A DNA stretch of 64,000 nucleotides from Ruditapes philippinarum (lineage: Eukaryota). The notes under the pieces are model-generated. The model was not told the DNA's origin. It made no database searches and saw only the letters and a list, made by a program, of their open reading frames with translations. Shown piece by piece: positions 10,641 through 24,171 of the stretch. The stretch lies in contig NW_026865001.1 in NCBI RefSeq assembly GCF_026571515.1, positions 1-64,000 on the forward strand, written 5' to 3'. The first letter of the stretch is position 1. Each line of letters begins with the position of its first letter. The translations under genes and the position numbers were made by a program.

Positions 10641-12385
10641 AAATGAATGCTCTTAAACCAAGAGCAAAAGAAAACACTTGACTAATAAAATACTTGAAAT
10701 ATCATTATGTATAGTTTTCTTTATAAATATTGTAAACGTATGTCAGGATGTGGAAAATAAACACAATTCTTATACAGTTTTCTAAGTTAATAACAAGTAT
10801 TTCGGCAACAATAGTGTCTAGTGAGTTACTAATATTGGATTTAAATACATACAAACTTACAAGTTTGGATAACAATGTCGTTTGTAAGATGTTTACTGTA
10901 TTTGAACTTGGGCGGTTTTAAAACTTTATTTAAATTACATGGAGGTCGAGACCGAAGTGATAACATTGGTTGGATTCCGACTTTTATAAGGTTCGATGTT
11001 TGAAATCCACCAATGAAACAACAGAAATCTGGAAATCCTCAGATGGACAGACGGGCGGATTTCTGAATCTGAAATCTTGGATTTCAATGGCGGCCATATT
11101 GAAATCTCATATAAAATACGAAAATCATGAATATAAAAAAAACATGTAGTGAATACTTAACGATTTCTGACCTTAATCAATCATAAACTTTACATAAATT
11201 ACGTTCTTGAATTGAATTTGACTGAAATTGATATTAACAATAAGAAATCATCAATATAAAATATGAAGTGACAGATTTCAAAGATGTCTGTCATTGGACG
11301 TCTGCTACACAGAAAATGTAAAGAGAAAATCAGTTTTCTGCTATACAATAAGATATAAGTTTAACATTTCTATCACCTAAATTGCAAAGTCAATATGTGT
11401 CAATACAGTGTTCCTTTAGATCAATCAGGTAAGTGAATCTTGTTCTTGGAGAAGTCAACAAATTATGAAGCTATAGGATTTCACAATGTCACTTGGATTT
11501 CATTATAAGTACTGTTGTAAGTACATTTCAGAATTATGCTAGAATGTCAGATCCTTACAATATGAAAACTATTCTGAAATGTCCAACTATTGCATCAATT
11601 AGGGATCGGTAGACATGTTGTGATGGAACAGTCATCTTAAAATCATCAGAGTAGGTGAAGATTTTAAAAGAATGACGGAGGTTATTTATGATATTCGGGG
11701 GTCTGAGCTATAAACCTTGCCATTTATTAAATAGGCGGTGATAAGTAAAACTAGAGTCTGTACTGATTTCAAGATATAATAAGAAATTACCAAATTCTAT
11801 CGAAATCTAAATTTAGATATCAGAGTTATTAACCTTGTTATATATGATGTTGTATTCATAATCATCAAAACTTTAAATAAAAGTAGTTACAATACATTAT
11901 TTAGAAAGGCAAAAGATTGGACATGGTACTTTCAGGTAATGAGCTGAACATTTTTTCTTATGTTATATCAATATTCTTATGTGTCGCCGATATCAATGTA
12001 CAAATAGTAAGATCCGTGTAAGTGACTGAACATTGTCTTTATCGTTATCTTTTTAAAGATATCCTGCACAAGTTTATTTTTATTACTATGTCATACGATC
12101 ACCCTAATAACGGAAATGAGGTGGTGTGTTTTAATGTTATCTTCATAATCAAGGTCGGAATTGAGATGTTTCATACTATTTTTTAGCAATGGTAACAAGA
12201 GCTGTCTCGGGGGACATCACACTTGAATAGTTTTATACTGAAAAAAAAACAACAAAAAACATCAGTTGTATAACTTTATATAGATATATATAATTATATT
12301 CCAAAATGGTAAACTATTGCATCGAATTGCAAGTGAAACACAGAATATAAAAATCGCCATGTTGTAAAGGAAAAAAACTTCTTAA

Positions 12386-15300
12386 AGGGGCTACACTGAG
12401 GTCTGACAGGTAATTTGGTGTCCAAAAAAATGTAAACAAATTTCCTCACAAATCACAATATTATAACTAAAATAACAATAACTTACACTTTAACCAACCC
12501 TCTAACAACAAGTATGCTAGAAAATGCATTTTCACATTAGCTTTTGATGCAAAAATGAAAGTTGGTTTTCCCAGGCATGTACAGAAGTTACCCACAATTC
12601 ATCGGGTATGACTAAAATACGCAACGGACATTTTTGGAACAACAGAGTAAACGGGGGTAAAAAATTCTATTGATTTTTTTCTCAACACTGTAACCTATCA
12701 TGTTTATATAACTTGAGTATAACGAAGAAAAACTGTATAAAAGATAATCAAGGTAGCAATTTCGTTGTCTTGAAAAATCAAACGCCAGCGAAGCGGACAT
12801 TTTCTAGACAAAACGGAAAGATATGATATACATGTACAATTATTTTCATTGACATTTCAGTTTCAATTTCAATATTCTAAGGCAAACATAATGCATCGGT
12901 AATATTTATACTATAACGAGCACAGTGTAATCACACTTATAAATGTATTTAACGCTATCTATTTAAATCAAATACAGTTAATGACATGTCTCATTTGATT
13001 TGATTGTTTTTGGAATTAAGTGGGGTTACGTAACACAAAACTGTGTAGGTCATTTTGGCGACTCTTCAGTTTTACTGGTGGAGTAAGAACTCATGTGCGC
13101 CCTTTGCAAAATTGTTTCTGGCACAAACGGGCATCTGTGTATGTAATGAGTGACGTTTCGTAGGCTATCTTGATAGGATCGTACATACACGTTCCACACA
13201 CAATTACATCTTATTCATACCATAGGCCAAATTGAATGCACGTTCCCTGTTGTAACAATATGAAACCCCAGAAAAAACCTATGAACCAGCTTCTGAATGT
13301 GGCATTTCTATCCTTATTCCACAAAAAGCACCCCCCCCCCTAAAAAAGGAATGAGTACATCAATGGACATGCTCTGGAGTGTTGGGAACTTTTACCTGCA
13401 CTCCAGTTACGCACTGTGCATGTATATGAATTCGATTTAACTCTGACACGTTTTCAACAGAAATGTCTTCAAACAATGATACAATAAATGTTTATGATTC
13501 TATTAGAAACTTGTTTAGAATTTGATAATTTTTCGGTGAAAACGATATAGTTTTCTTGTACTACATATAAGATCAAAGTGCTGAAGGCACTGAAGACAAA
13601 ACCTGATAAACTAACACATTTTCACTCCAGTTTCACAGGTAAATAAATTTTATATGTCGCGGTTTACATTTTGATATCAGCTAACCTTTGCTTTTTGAGA
13701 CTTTGTTCTTGAAAATAACCTAAACGAGTAAAATAAACCCTCTTTTATGGGCAAATAATTTTATAAGTGGCATCCCAGATTTCTCTTTCATAAATTGGCT
13801 TTAGCAAATTGTTTTCTATTCAAATATTAAGAACATTCTGTCAGTGACGTGTCTTCTACTTGAAATCTTCCTTGTGTGTATTTTTCGGTAACATGTTAAA
13901 AATGACAGTCTGTTCGTATCTTTCGGTAACAGGAAGAAAATGACAGTCTGTTCATTTGATCATGACTGTGAAAAATCATGTTTTGTGAACCAATTTTTCC
14001 TGCCGATAAAGATTTTGCAAGCAATCTTGTGGTTTATGTTCTAGTGCTTACACTTAGTATTTAATTCCAAAGAATATTTCTTAGGAGACCTTTAACGTTT
14101 GATTACGGTATAATCACTATAACCGAAATACTTACTGTGAAATTTTTCGTTCATGGGTTTTAAATACTTTAGTAGCTCTATAAATTTTCAAAACGATATC
14201 CAGTATTTCCGAAACAATTTACAAAAGCTTTTAATACACAATCTTATAAATCTTAAAGTATTACGAGAACAACCCACCTAATCTCCAGAACATACATACG
14301 ACAAACAAGATAAATCAAAAGGCTGTAAGCTCTGTGGTATTTTCTGATCTTTGCAATCTAAATCGCACTGTATAACTGTATTATTTTCCTGTATAAGTTT
14401 ATATTTATGTACTATAATTCTTCTTGCTTGGTACCAGAGTTTGATACATATGGAATTTTGCATGACTAGAGTTGCATCAAAAAATCATTTATGTTCATTT
14501 TTATGACAGCCACACTTTACCCTTGCATATCGTGGCTATTTCCTTAACAAAGAAACTTTATAAAAAATAATTGCCTTGAATTTTATTTGAACCCCAGACA
14601 CACTAAACGAGCGCGTTACCCTCGCACCACGGAGAAGATATAGGAACAATGCCTGAATAAAATCAAGTAATACTAAATTTAGATTTTTCATTGCATTTCG
14701 GGTTTGTAATCCTTATTAATTTTGAGGTTTTTTGTTCAAGATAAACCTGTTGTTTAACATTGATGTAAATAATTTAACAAAAATCTTCTCGCCAAAACAG
14801 TCCGACATGTATATATTCCACTACTCGACAGTCAGATTTATTTGTGAAATACGCTCTCGACATCGCTTAAAATAGCATTTTCATTGATTAAAATGATATT
14901 CATCCGCGTAATTTGTGAATGTGCATTCATTGACAATTCTATAACCCAAAGCTACTTTTAAACTTTGAATGCGTTGTAATTTGTTGGATTCTTATAACAA
15001 AATGAAAATATTTCTTTCTTTTAAATCGCTAGTTTTCAGCTGTTTTAAGACATGCTTGTTGTTAGGGATGTCGTGAAACCGCTGTGTCAGAGATTGACTG
15101 TTAGCTTTGTATTTCCTGGTCTTCGATCAGAAATACAAAAAGGAATGATAACATTCAATGAATGCAACACCCACACGACCAAGCAACACAGGACCACAGC
15201 TAAATTATCAATGAAAAAATTAATTTCAGGCTTCCAAGTGGTAAATAAAGAGACTAAACAAAAAATGAGAAACAGGAAGAAAGAAGAGACAAAAGTAGAG

Positions 15301-17174
15301 AAAAGTAAAGGTTTTAGTGCTATAAAGGAAGAAAAGCAGGGTTCTCTTCCTAACTTATTTATGCAATGAAATGCACCCGATCAATATTTAACCATTGCAG
15401 TTTTTGAAACCAGTCACTCGTGTTTTCCAAAATAGTCGGGAAATGAACCTGACCTTTTTTATCAAAATATTTACAAAACTATTAACAATGAGTATGCCAT
15501 GATAAACAGGCTATAAGGAGTAAAACAATGGTTAAGATATGCATTGCCCTTTCCCAGGTTTGTATACCGTCTAGGAGTTCGAAGTATTATAAAACATAGT
15601 TTAAGTAATGGTTGTTGTTTGAGGTGAGGTTAATAATATCTTACTGAATTCTTAAAGTTACCTTTACTTACCTACCCTTCACATTTGTCTTGCAAGTATC
15701 ATGATTTTGTTTGTTTCTTTTAATTTGAAAGAATGTTAGGGTTTAAAGAACAACAACTATATAATCAGTTTTAAGTTTATTTCACTAGTCACGGCAATAA
15801 CCCTGCTGTGGAAGCTTGACTGTGTCGGGGGCTGCGTCCTGTGAACGTTGCCGTCGCCTTGTTTGTCTTTATTCCAGTTTTCCTTTTTTACTATTATAAC
15901 GCTCTACATTTCTTTTCCACCGGGAAGCTTCAATATATTGGTAACATTATAGCACAGCTCAATTGACCCATCACTAGAACAAAGGCCTTCCAATAAATAA
16001 GAAATCTATCATGGTATCTGCTAAATCAATAATGATAATAATAATAATATTAATAGAGCCAGATTGTAACTCTTTTCCGACCTTCTTGATAATGTTTACC
16101 ATGTGCATGAAACAGGTATCAATTACCTATAGTTTTGAATGTCTAGATCAAAACGTAGTAAACTTCTCATCAACAAAGTTTACATCCAATCCGGATAAAT
16201 ATGCAGGTATGTATGTAAAATGATAAGTATTAAATTTCAGATCTCTCTAGCAAAGGAGATCGATTTTTTCTTATAGAATTTTAATTATATGCACTAGACA
16301 TACATTAGAAATATAAACATATAAAATATAATGAGGCCGTATTCATTCTCTATTTAGCCAGTGCTTTCAGTGCTTTGATCAGAGTTAAACAGAAATCTCT
16401 AGAATAACATTCTGAGTGTGCGTGTGATTTTTTATGCTTACAATACTCAAGTTCATGTTCGTTGTATAAAAGGTATTACGAAGTTTTTTTTTCCAGAACG
16501 AGTATCAGATAAACCAAAGTGACCTTTGAAATAGGACCCATTACACTGATTGACAAAGTAAATGTTCTTAGCCTAGATATCATGATATTTTAACCATTAC
16601 AAAGTTAATACACAATATCTAAGAATTACACGAAAGCTCTCAAATTAACATAGAATATTTGTAAAATTTGTGTATGTCAGTTTCCAACTCCGTACGTTTA
16701 GCTAAATTCATCATTGTAATGGAGAAAAAAAACATGATTACAACAATGCAATGCTTTAAATATATTGAAATTGCTTTTGAAAGATTTTTCTCACAAGAAC
16801 ATATGTGAACAACAAGAAATTTAACAAACAAACCCATAATTTGCTTTTAAATTTATGGATTGTTGGTATATTCCACTTTCGCACTTTCGTTGCTGTCGAT
16901 ACACAAAAATTCTCCGCTTCGCTTTTTAGTCATCCCGAGAATCATCACGTGACCGTTGTTTTTATTCAGATTTGCAAACTGAAAGGTGTTTAAACGCTTT
17001 TCCCACAAAATTGGAGAAAATGTGTATTTCAAACGATTTGCCAATCCAAAGGACACATATCAATGTATCACTGATTCTGTTTCAATGTCCCTAACACGCA
17101 GGTAACAAAAAATTATCGGTTTGTGAAATTTTACTTTTTTTTGTGACATTCGGCCGTACCTCAGTGGAGTACCT
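12386..17174. mobile_element. ~4.8-kb degenerate TTAA-targeting (Kolobok-like) DNA transposon
   Basis: TTAA|AGGGGCTACACTGAGGT...ACCTCAGTGGAGTACCT|TTAA. The paralogous unit has CTTAAGTCTA at ~25431 without the insert. No intact transposase recognised. Confidence 0.65.
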
Positions 17175-17838
17175 TTAAAGTCTAAAACAATGGATGAATT
17201 CTGAATATAGCCAGGAGTCTTAGTAAAAATATTTGGCATTGTATTTAGATAATTGAATCTACAAAATAATTCTCTAAAGCCTGAACTCATCCATCATAAC
17301 TTGAACAATAGAGATGATATAAAAACAATAGGGTGAAGATAATAATTTATTATTCATAGTTAAGATATAATCTGCTTGGAAATTACAACGACAGGGCTAA
17401 ACACGACAATATCTATAGACAACATAAAATATCTATAATTCTAAATATGCGTGTACTTCAAAATAGCGATAAACTTGTCAAACGTGCTTTTACTTTGAAA
17501 CCAACCTTGTAGATTATAAAGAAGATCAGGTAAAATAGTTTTATAATATGAATTATGATATCCAATTATGTAAACGCTCATTCGTTGTTTTGAAATTTTG
17601 CAGAATTTACGAAAATACATCAAAGAAAATGTAAGAATAAAAGTGCAAAATACCTTCAATACAATTTCATTTTACATATATCATAATAAAAAAAGTTACC
17701 ACAGGGTTCATTTGGCAATTTGGTTTTTATAAATCCTTATACTATTAACTTTATGTAAAATGCAGCGAAGAGGCTTGATTTCTTAAGACTTCAACTGCAG
17801 TGATTCTTTTTCAGCATATGCATGTACACTCCATTTGT

Positions 17839-18594
17839 TTACACTTTGACTGTAATATTAGATAGACAACCGCCATCTACAACATGCATCTGACCTGTGA
17901 CCATAGCTGAATGTTCACTAAGGATGTATAAAATCGGGCCAACAATTTCTTCTACTGTCGGAATTCTTCCCATCGGCGACCTAGATGAAAAGGTTTCCAC
18001 TGAACATTTTCCTTTTTCGATAAGGCTCTGTACCAATGGCGTGTTGACAAGTCCGGGATTCACTGAATTTACTCGTATTTTGTGAGGCCCTAGCTCCAGT
18101 GCGAACTGTTTTGTTACCATATCCATACCAGCTTTTGAAACAGCATATGGAAGACCCATTGGGAAAGCAGCTATGCCAGAAATGCTTGAACAATTTACGA
18201 TCGATCCTTTCACCTTTGCTTCAATCATTTTCTTTGCAACAACCTGTGAGCAATTTATTGCACTAAGTAAATTGTTGTCCAGTACGTGGTTTATGTATTC
18301 TTTAGGGCAATTAACAGCAGCGTAGTCATGACCTCCTATACCAGCATTGTTTACAAGCCCGTCCAAAACTTCCAGCTGTTCTAGTTTTTCTCTCGTACCC
18401 TCCCAGTCACTAAGGTCAGCAACAATCGGTATAATATCAGGACATTCTTCCACTAGACTATCAAGTGTAGATTTAGTCCTACTTAGAGCGTACACTTTGC
18501 AGCCAGCCTTATTTAATGCAACGGCAACTCCACGTCCTATTCCTTTTCCTGCTCCGGTAACCAGTACTTTCTTTCCTTTAAAATCGAACGGCAT
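17839..18594 (-). CDS. SDR1: DCXR/L-xylulose reductase-like classical SDR, 251 aa, no intron in CDS
   Basis: TGAGKGIG Rossmann motif, SRT basic residue (NADP(H) type), NNAG, catalytic S and YAVSK, ELGPHKIRVNSVNPG, TGQ..VDGG. Confidence 0.95.
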   Translation of the reverse strand: MPFDFKGKKVLVTGAGKGIGRGVAVALNKAGCKVYALSRTKSTLDSLVEECPDIIPIVADLSDWEGTREKLEQLEVLDGLVNNAGIGGHDYAAVNCPKEYINHVLDNNLLSAINCSQVVAKKMIEAKVKGSIVNCSSISGIAAFPMGLPYAVSKAGMDMVTKQFALELGPHKIRVNSVNPGLVNTPLVQSLIEKGKCSVETFSSRSPMGRIPTVEEIVGPILYILSEHSAMVTGQMHVVDGGCLSNITVKV

Positions 18595-18670
18595 ATTTGA
18601 TTTTCTCTCTCTATCTGTTTACGAATGAAAAATACGCCGCTATAGATGTACAATAAAATCACCATGTAAT

Positions 18671-18681
18671 GTGACTATGCA
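18671..18681 (+). promoter_or_regulatory. ARE-like element upstream of SDR1 (also 26515-26525, 34260-34270, 41467-41477)
   Basis: GTGACTATGCA / GTGACTGTGCA / GTGACTGTGCA / GTGATTGTGCA fit RTGAYnnnGCR, inside a conserved TGTGAYTRTGCATGCAGTCTAA block. Confidence 0.5.
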
Positions 18682-18753
18682 TGCAGTCTAACCATTATCT
18701 TTCAAATTCAGATATCAAAATAACTAAATATCTAGGTCAGAAATCGACTGTAT

Positions 18754-19165
18754 TAATAATATCTGTCATATTTTGCGGTTCGGATCGGAATATCCGTCCC
18801 GAGGTGACCCGCCCATTGGGCGGTAACGAGGCTTGCCGAGTTACCGCCCATGGGCGGGTGACCGAGGGACGGATATTCCGATTCGAACCGCAAACATATG
18901 TCAGATATTTTTTCTTGCATATTCTACCATATTCCATTATATTTTAAATTCTTTATCTTCATTTTCAATGAAAATTTATATCATTACAACCGTAACTACT
19001 TTCATTCAACAGCGTATGAATTACAAAATCATTCATAACGGTAAAATGACGTCATGTTTATCGTGCCATTGTACAGCACGCGACTCATCTGGAACCCCCC
19101 CATGCCAGATGAAATTTCCGGCATGGGTAAAACTAACGGAAACGCCAGTCTGATATGCAAGAAAA
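18754..19165. mobile_element. Copy-specific ~410-bp insertion starting with a ~150-nt hairpin
   Basis: Absent from SDR2/SDR3 upstream regions (CGACTGTATCATTTGTTCTG). Arms span 18758-18909 around loop GAGGCTTGCCGA; second inverted pair TTTTCTTGCATAT / ATATGCAAGAAAA. Confidence 0.8.
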
Positions 19166-20828
19166 TTTGTTCTGTTCATACTATATTTGAGGATGATAAT
19201 TTATTGATTGGTTTGATTATATGCCACATTGGCACTGTCAACGTCATATTGCAACTTACTTTAAGCTTTTCTGGTACCTCTTCTTTGATAATTTTAGGCA
19301 AGAATGAAAATTTGAGAAGAACAACCATCGTTCCTTTTGCTATCTAAATATCTACATCACATCAAAGCGTATTTAGCAATCTCATATGTCATATTTCGTA
19401 TTAAATTATGTCGTTTCAATTATCTTATTGTCTGTTCGAAAAAAAAGTTGTAACAAAGAATGTCCATGAATATTGTACATAAGCAGAATAAGATTTTCTA
19501 TTCAAGGAAATATGCGGCAATGTTAACCTGGATTGTTTAACATCTAGCAATTAGTTCGTAAATATGCCATTATCTCTTCAGAAAATACTGTTTTTGCTGC
19601 GACTATATAAAGACCTGGTTTTAATGAAGGATCGATCTTTATAGCTGACATTTTCTTCTCTCTTTTTTAACAACTTCTGGACCGAATAACATGTAAAACA
19701 TGCTCGATTGGCGTTCGATGTGTACGACGGTCACAGGGGCTTAAGCTGTAACCAGTAATACTGCCACCTGGGTATGGAGTTTTAGTTTTGAACATTAGGC
19801 AAGACACATTAGGCAATGGGTAGTTTGAAAGATGCCGTAGGCAGTTGCTAGTACGCGATAATTATGGTGCTGTCGTATATGGAATTCCGTACGTAACAGT
19901 TTTAATATGTACGTTGGCTGAATGGTTTTACTTTCACTTGCCTTTAGATATAGTTTGTTATTAACTTTAAATAGCCCGTAACCTCTCGAGTCTTTTTGAC
20001 ACCCACTACAGTTCGAAAATAATCCCAAAAGAATGCCTCAGTCATTTGCCACACATAAATATTGTACGTAAACAGAATAACATGTTCCTGAATAATTTAA
20101 TAGTTTCTTGCTACCATTTTAAGCTGAACATTTCACCATCAAGCAATTATTTCGTGCATACGCCATTAGGCTTTAAATATATACAAATGTGTCATATATT
20201 TTCATTTTGTTTACTTTCAAACAAAAATTTTAGAAACTACAGACCAGATTTACAGCTTTAAACACATCCCTTGTAATTTAAATTCGACCAAACAATGTTG
20301 AAAATGTAAAAAACCCATAAAAGCCCCCAAAACGAAATGGAGAACCTAAAACAAACCCTGCCTCATAATTCAGATATAATATCACAATCACTATCCACAA
20401 TCAAAGGTGAAGTGTTTTTTAATTTATGCATTATGTATGCTATGTCCATCCTCAAACCTATAAAAGTTAACATTGAACTCCCAATTTTTTGTGTTCTTTT
20501 AACCATATTATCTAAAAAAGACAAAAACTCAACCTTATAAGTTATAATACAATGATAATTCTACTGTTTTAAAAGGGATCAGTGAAGCACATTTACAAAA
20601 ACTTCTTATTTTTTTCCTGTTCTTAGGGCCCATTACAAAACAAGGATTAGACATCCTTTTTCTTAAAAGGGAAACTGTATTTTTAAATGAGCAAACTTTA
20701 AATTTTAAAACCCAAATTTAAAAAAAATTTTATTAATCTAACTGAGGGATAATAAAGAAGTTTTGTGTACAATGTACATCTTAGTAAAAAAATTTACATT
20801 GTCTATATAAAAGAGAATTTGTCAAACT

Positions 20829-20910
20829 TGTTATATCACATGGTGATGAGTATTTTGAAGGATTGAGATAATTATTTTGACTCAGCTGCATTCATATTTG
20901 AACACCCGTA
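20829..20910 (+). mobile_element. Right-end remnant of the mariner element (also 29917-30003, and split at 36087-36157 / 37377-37397)
   Basis: TCACATGGTGRTGAGTATTTTGAAGGA...ATATTTGAACACCC matches the 3' end of the 43425-44747 element. Confidence 0.8.
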
Positions 20911-22268
20911 GTCACCCCTTTTCCTTGACTTTATATGTATTAGATATGTTATCGGCACATTTGCAGAATATGCTTCAATACATGTATACAACCAAATATA
21001 TAAATAACATAAATTAAAAATAATTATGACAAAATTTAAAACCACTTTTTTTCAAACATAATACAATTAGGTTGCAACAGATTTCTTTCATTTACTTTAC
21101 AGTCATGTATTATAATATACATAATTTAGCATACCTCTTAACATACCTAAATACTTAAATATACCGTCGTTATGATGTTGCCCATTTGACATATATTCAG
21201 GACTGATTTTGAGAACTTGGCTCCCTATAAGATGCTAGAGGCATTTTGTAGTACAAGTGGTATCTTGGTATATTTTACCTATTTAAGGTATGCTGAATCC
21301 GATAAAGGTGGATACCAAATTGAAAAACTTGATCTTGACCATTGAAATGGCCATTTAAAATGACCACTAAAATGGCCGCCAAATTTCTTTATCATAAATG
21401 GATGATATATCAAATAAAAAATTTAAGGAAAGGAAAAGTCACAAAGCATGTTTAGGTAAAAACAAATTGGACACACAAACAGAATTAAAAAAAATATGGC
21501 CGAAAAATCCAAGATGGCAGACATTTTTCTATAGTAATATAGTAATATAATATATTAAAGATAGTACTGAAAATTTTAAGGCATTTAAACATATTTAGGG
21601 TTTACGCAGCTATCTGCTAGATTTTATCTGGCATTTATCATAACCTTATGCATATTATATGCCTTGGTTTTGAATAAATCTTGAAATCTTGAATCTTGAA
21701 ACTTTCCTGGTTTGGTCTGATAAAGGTACCATAGTATTCTACCAAATATATTTAACGAATGCTTTCATGTAAGAATATTTTGAGTGTATGACGATTATTT
21801 TTGACAAATATACAGAAAATTACAATACAGAAAATTACTATGGAGAGTGCAATATTAAAAAAAAATACTGTTACATTGTATAACAAAATAACAGTATTTT
21901 TTTTAAATAAATGGATATATTATTGCATAAATAACAAGGTTAAACACATTTTAGGTCAAATCATTGCCACTAGCACCTTAATTTGGGATGGTGCAGAGTC
22001 AGATTTAGTTTTCCGATAGCGATACATGTCTTCATTTGAAAGACAATACCGGGCAAGGACAGGACCTGAACTTGTTGTGTGCAAATTTGACAAAATGGCG
22101 TCAGATCTGGGACGATTATTTTGTCCCAGGTCGGAGTCATGAAAATTTAAAACACCCACCAGTATTTTCTCCAGGTAGTTAAGTGTGTTTTGTAGGCCTA
22201 GATGTTATTTTGATTTTTTTAACTGGTTTGAGAATGCTAAGAATACTGTAACATATTCACAGAAAATA

Positions 22269-23108
22269 TTTTATTACCCCCTCACTTTTTTCGTAATGTT
22301 AATTTCCCATAGGCCTCTGGGAGTTATTCTTACTGTTAATGCAAGTGTACAACGTGACTAAGAATTTTGTACTGTTACATAGGAACAGTATTTTTTAACA
22401 GTATAAAATCTGGTCACTAAATAAAATGAAATAAAATGGCCGTCATTTTTTTCTCTATTCTTTCTTATTTTCGACGATAGGGCATCGACTCTCATAAAAG
22501 TTAGTCCTTTGCACCCTAGATCGAGTTCTTTTCGCGTATAAAATATCTTTTTGTTGAATAGTCAAAAAATAAACAACCGTTTTCAACGGAAGTACGTAAT
22601 TTGTAATGTAAAATTTTTGTCAAACAAAAACAGCAACGATTAAACAGCAACAAAGGGATTTTTTAAAAATTTTTAAAAGTAAACTTCAGATAATTTGGAC
22701 AACATCTAGGATTCATCGTTATTTTTTAAATGAAACTTTTCCCAAAAACCATGCAAAAGAATATTCTGGTCAGGAGATCAATTTCACAGATATAACCTTA
22801 AATGGTTTTTTTGTTTTCTAAAAAATCGCTTTTTATTTTATGATGGTAGATATATCACTTTTTTCCCTAAAGAATAAAAAAAACACCCTTCTCTAAACCC
22901 CTACAGTCATTAAAATTTTCAAGGAAGGGAAGGTTTTTATAAAAATAGTTATTCCTTTGGTTTATTTTTGTTACATTTGGGATTTATTTAAAAATTCAGA
23001 TAACAGTATTGTCCGGTAATAAAATAAATAAAACATGTTTGTGGGCGTAAACAGTATTTATACGAGGGATATATTTTTACTTTACCCACAAATGTACCCA
23101 TGTTTATT
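22269..23108. mobile_element. Copy-specific ~840-bp insertion, class unresolved
   Basis: Absent at the paralogous position ~10028 (CAGGAAATATAATGTCACATG). Confidence 0.6.
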
Positions 23109-24171
23109 ATATAATTCACATGAATTAATTAATTTTTATTCCATCTATGCATGTGTGTGAATATTCGCAAAATATATACATACATGTATATTTATATTTT
23201 ATATACATTGTATATGTACTGACTAGCCTATGCAAGAAACATTAAAGCAACAGCTTATCAGCTATATCTTTGGATTATATAGAAATGTTTTCAACACCAC
23301 ATTGCGCTTTCGTTACCCATTTCAAAACTGTATGCTATGACACAATGATAACTTTTCCTAGCCGTGATGCAGTTTCGAACAAGAGCAAAAGAATGAGAAG
23401 CAGTGGCCTAGTGGTTAAGGTGTCTGCCTCTCAACCCGTGGGTCACGTATTTGAGCCCTATTCGTGTCACGACCATGTTTCTTCATGTGACACCAGCACT
23501 GGTTCGTTCCAAGAAGCAGACTCGAAAGTGGTAACTTTAAGTTCCAAGAACTTGTATCGCAATAGAGCTTAATTAAATGAATGCTCTGAAACCAAGAGCA
23601 AAAGAAAACACTTGACTAATAAAATACTTGAAATATCATTATGTATAGTTTTCTTTATAAATATGAAAACTATTCTGAAATGTCCAACTATTGCATCAAT
23701 TATGGATCGGTAGAAATGTTGTGATGGAACAGTCGTCTTAAAGTCATCAGAGTAGGTGAAGATTTTAAAAGAATGACGGAGGTTATTTATGATATTCGGG
23801 GGTCTGAGCTATAAACCTTGTCATTTATTAAATAGGCGGTGATAAATAAAACTAGAGTCTGTACTGATTTCAAGATATAATTAGATATTACCAAATTCTA
23901 TCGAAATCTAAATTTAGATATCAGAGTTATTAACCTTGTTATATATAAGATGTAATATTCATAATTATCCAAACTTTCAAGTAGTTACAATACATTATTT
24001 AGAAAGGCAAAATATTGGACATGGTACTTTCAGGTAATGAGCTGAACATTTTTTCTTATGTTATATCAATATTCTTATGTGTCCGCCGATATCAATGTAC
24101 AAATAGTAACATCCGTATAAGTGACTGAACATTGTCTTTATCGTTATCTTTTTAAAGATATCCTGCACAAG

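Larger units (their letters stand above)
9315..12365 (+). repeat. Segmental duplication: 3' flank of SDR1, paralogous to 21709-25425 (3' flank of SDR2)
   Basis: Colinear, near-identical sequence from TTTGGTCTGATAAAGGTA onward, interrupted by copy-specific indels. Confidence 0.9.
18595..21195 (+). repeat. Segmental duplication: SDR1 5' flank, paralogous to 26429-30410, 34178-37790 and (more diverged) 41369-45240
   Basis: Colinear shared blocks such as AGCAATTATTTCGTGCATACGCCATTAG and GCCCRTTTGACATA in all four units. Confidence 0.9.

Noticed and set aside
12386-17174. KolobokP-type long terminal direct repeats
   Set aside because: No direct repeat between the first and last ~600 bp was visible, only short inverted termini.
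17897-18628. Antisense and alternate-frame ORFs over the SDR genes (also ~25.7-26.5, 33.5, 41.1, 51.1 and 51.8 kb)
   Set aside because: Shadows of the SDR coding sequence, repeated only because the genes are paralogous.
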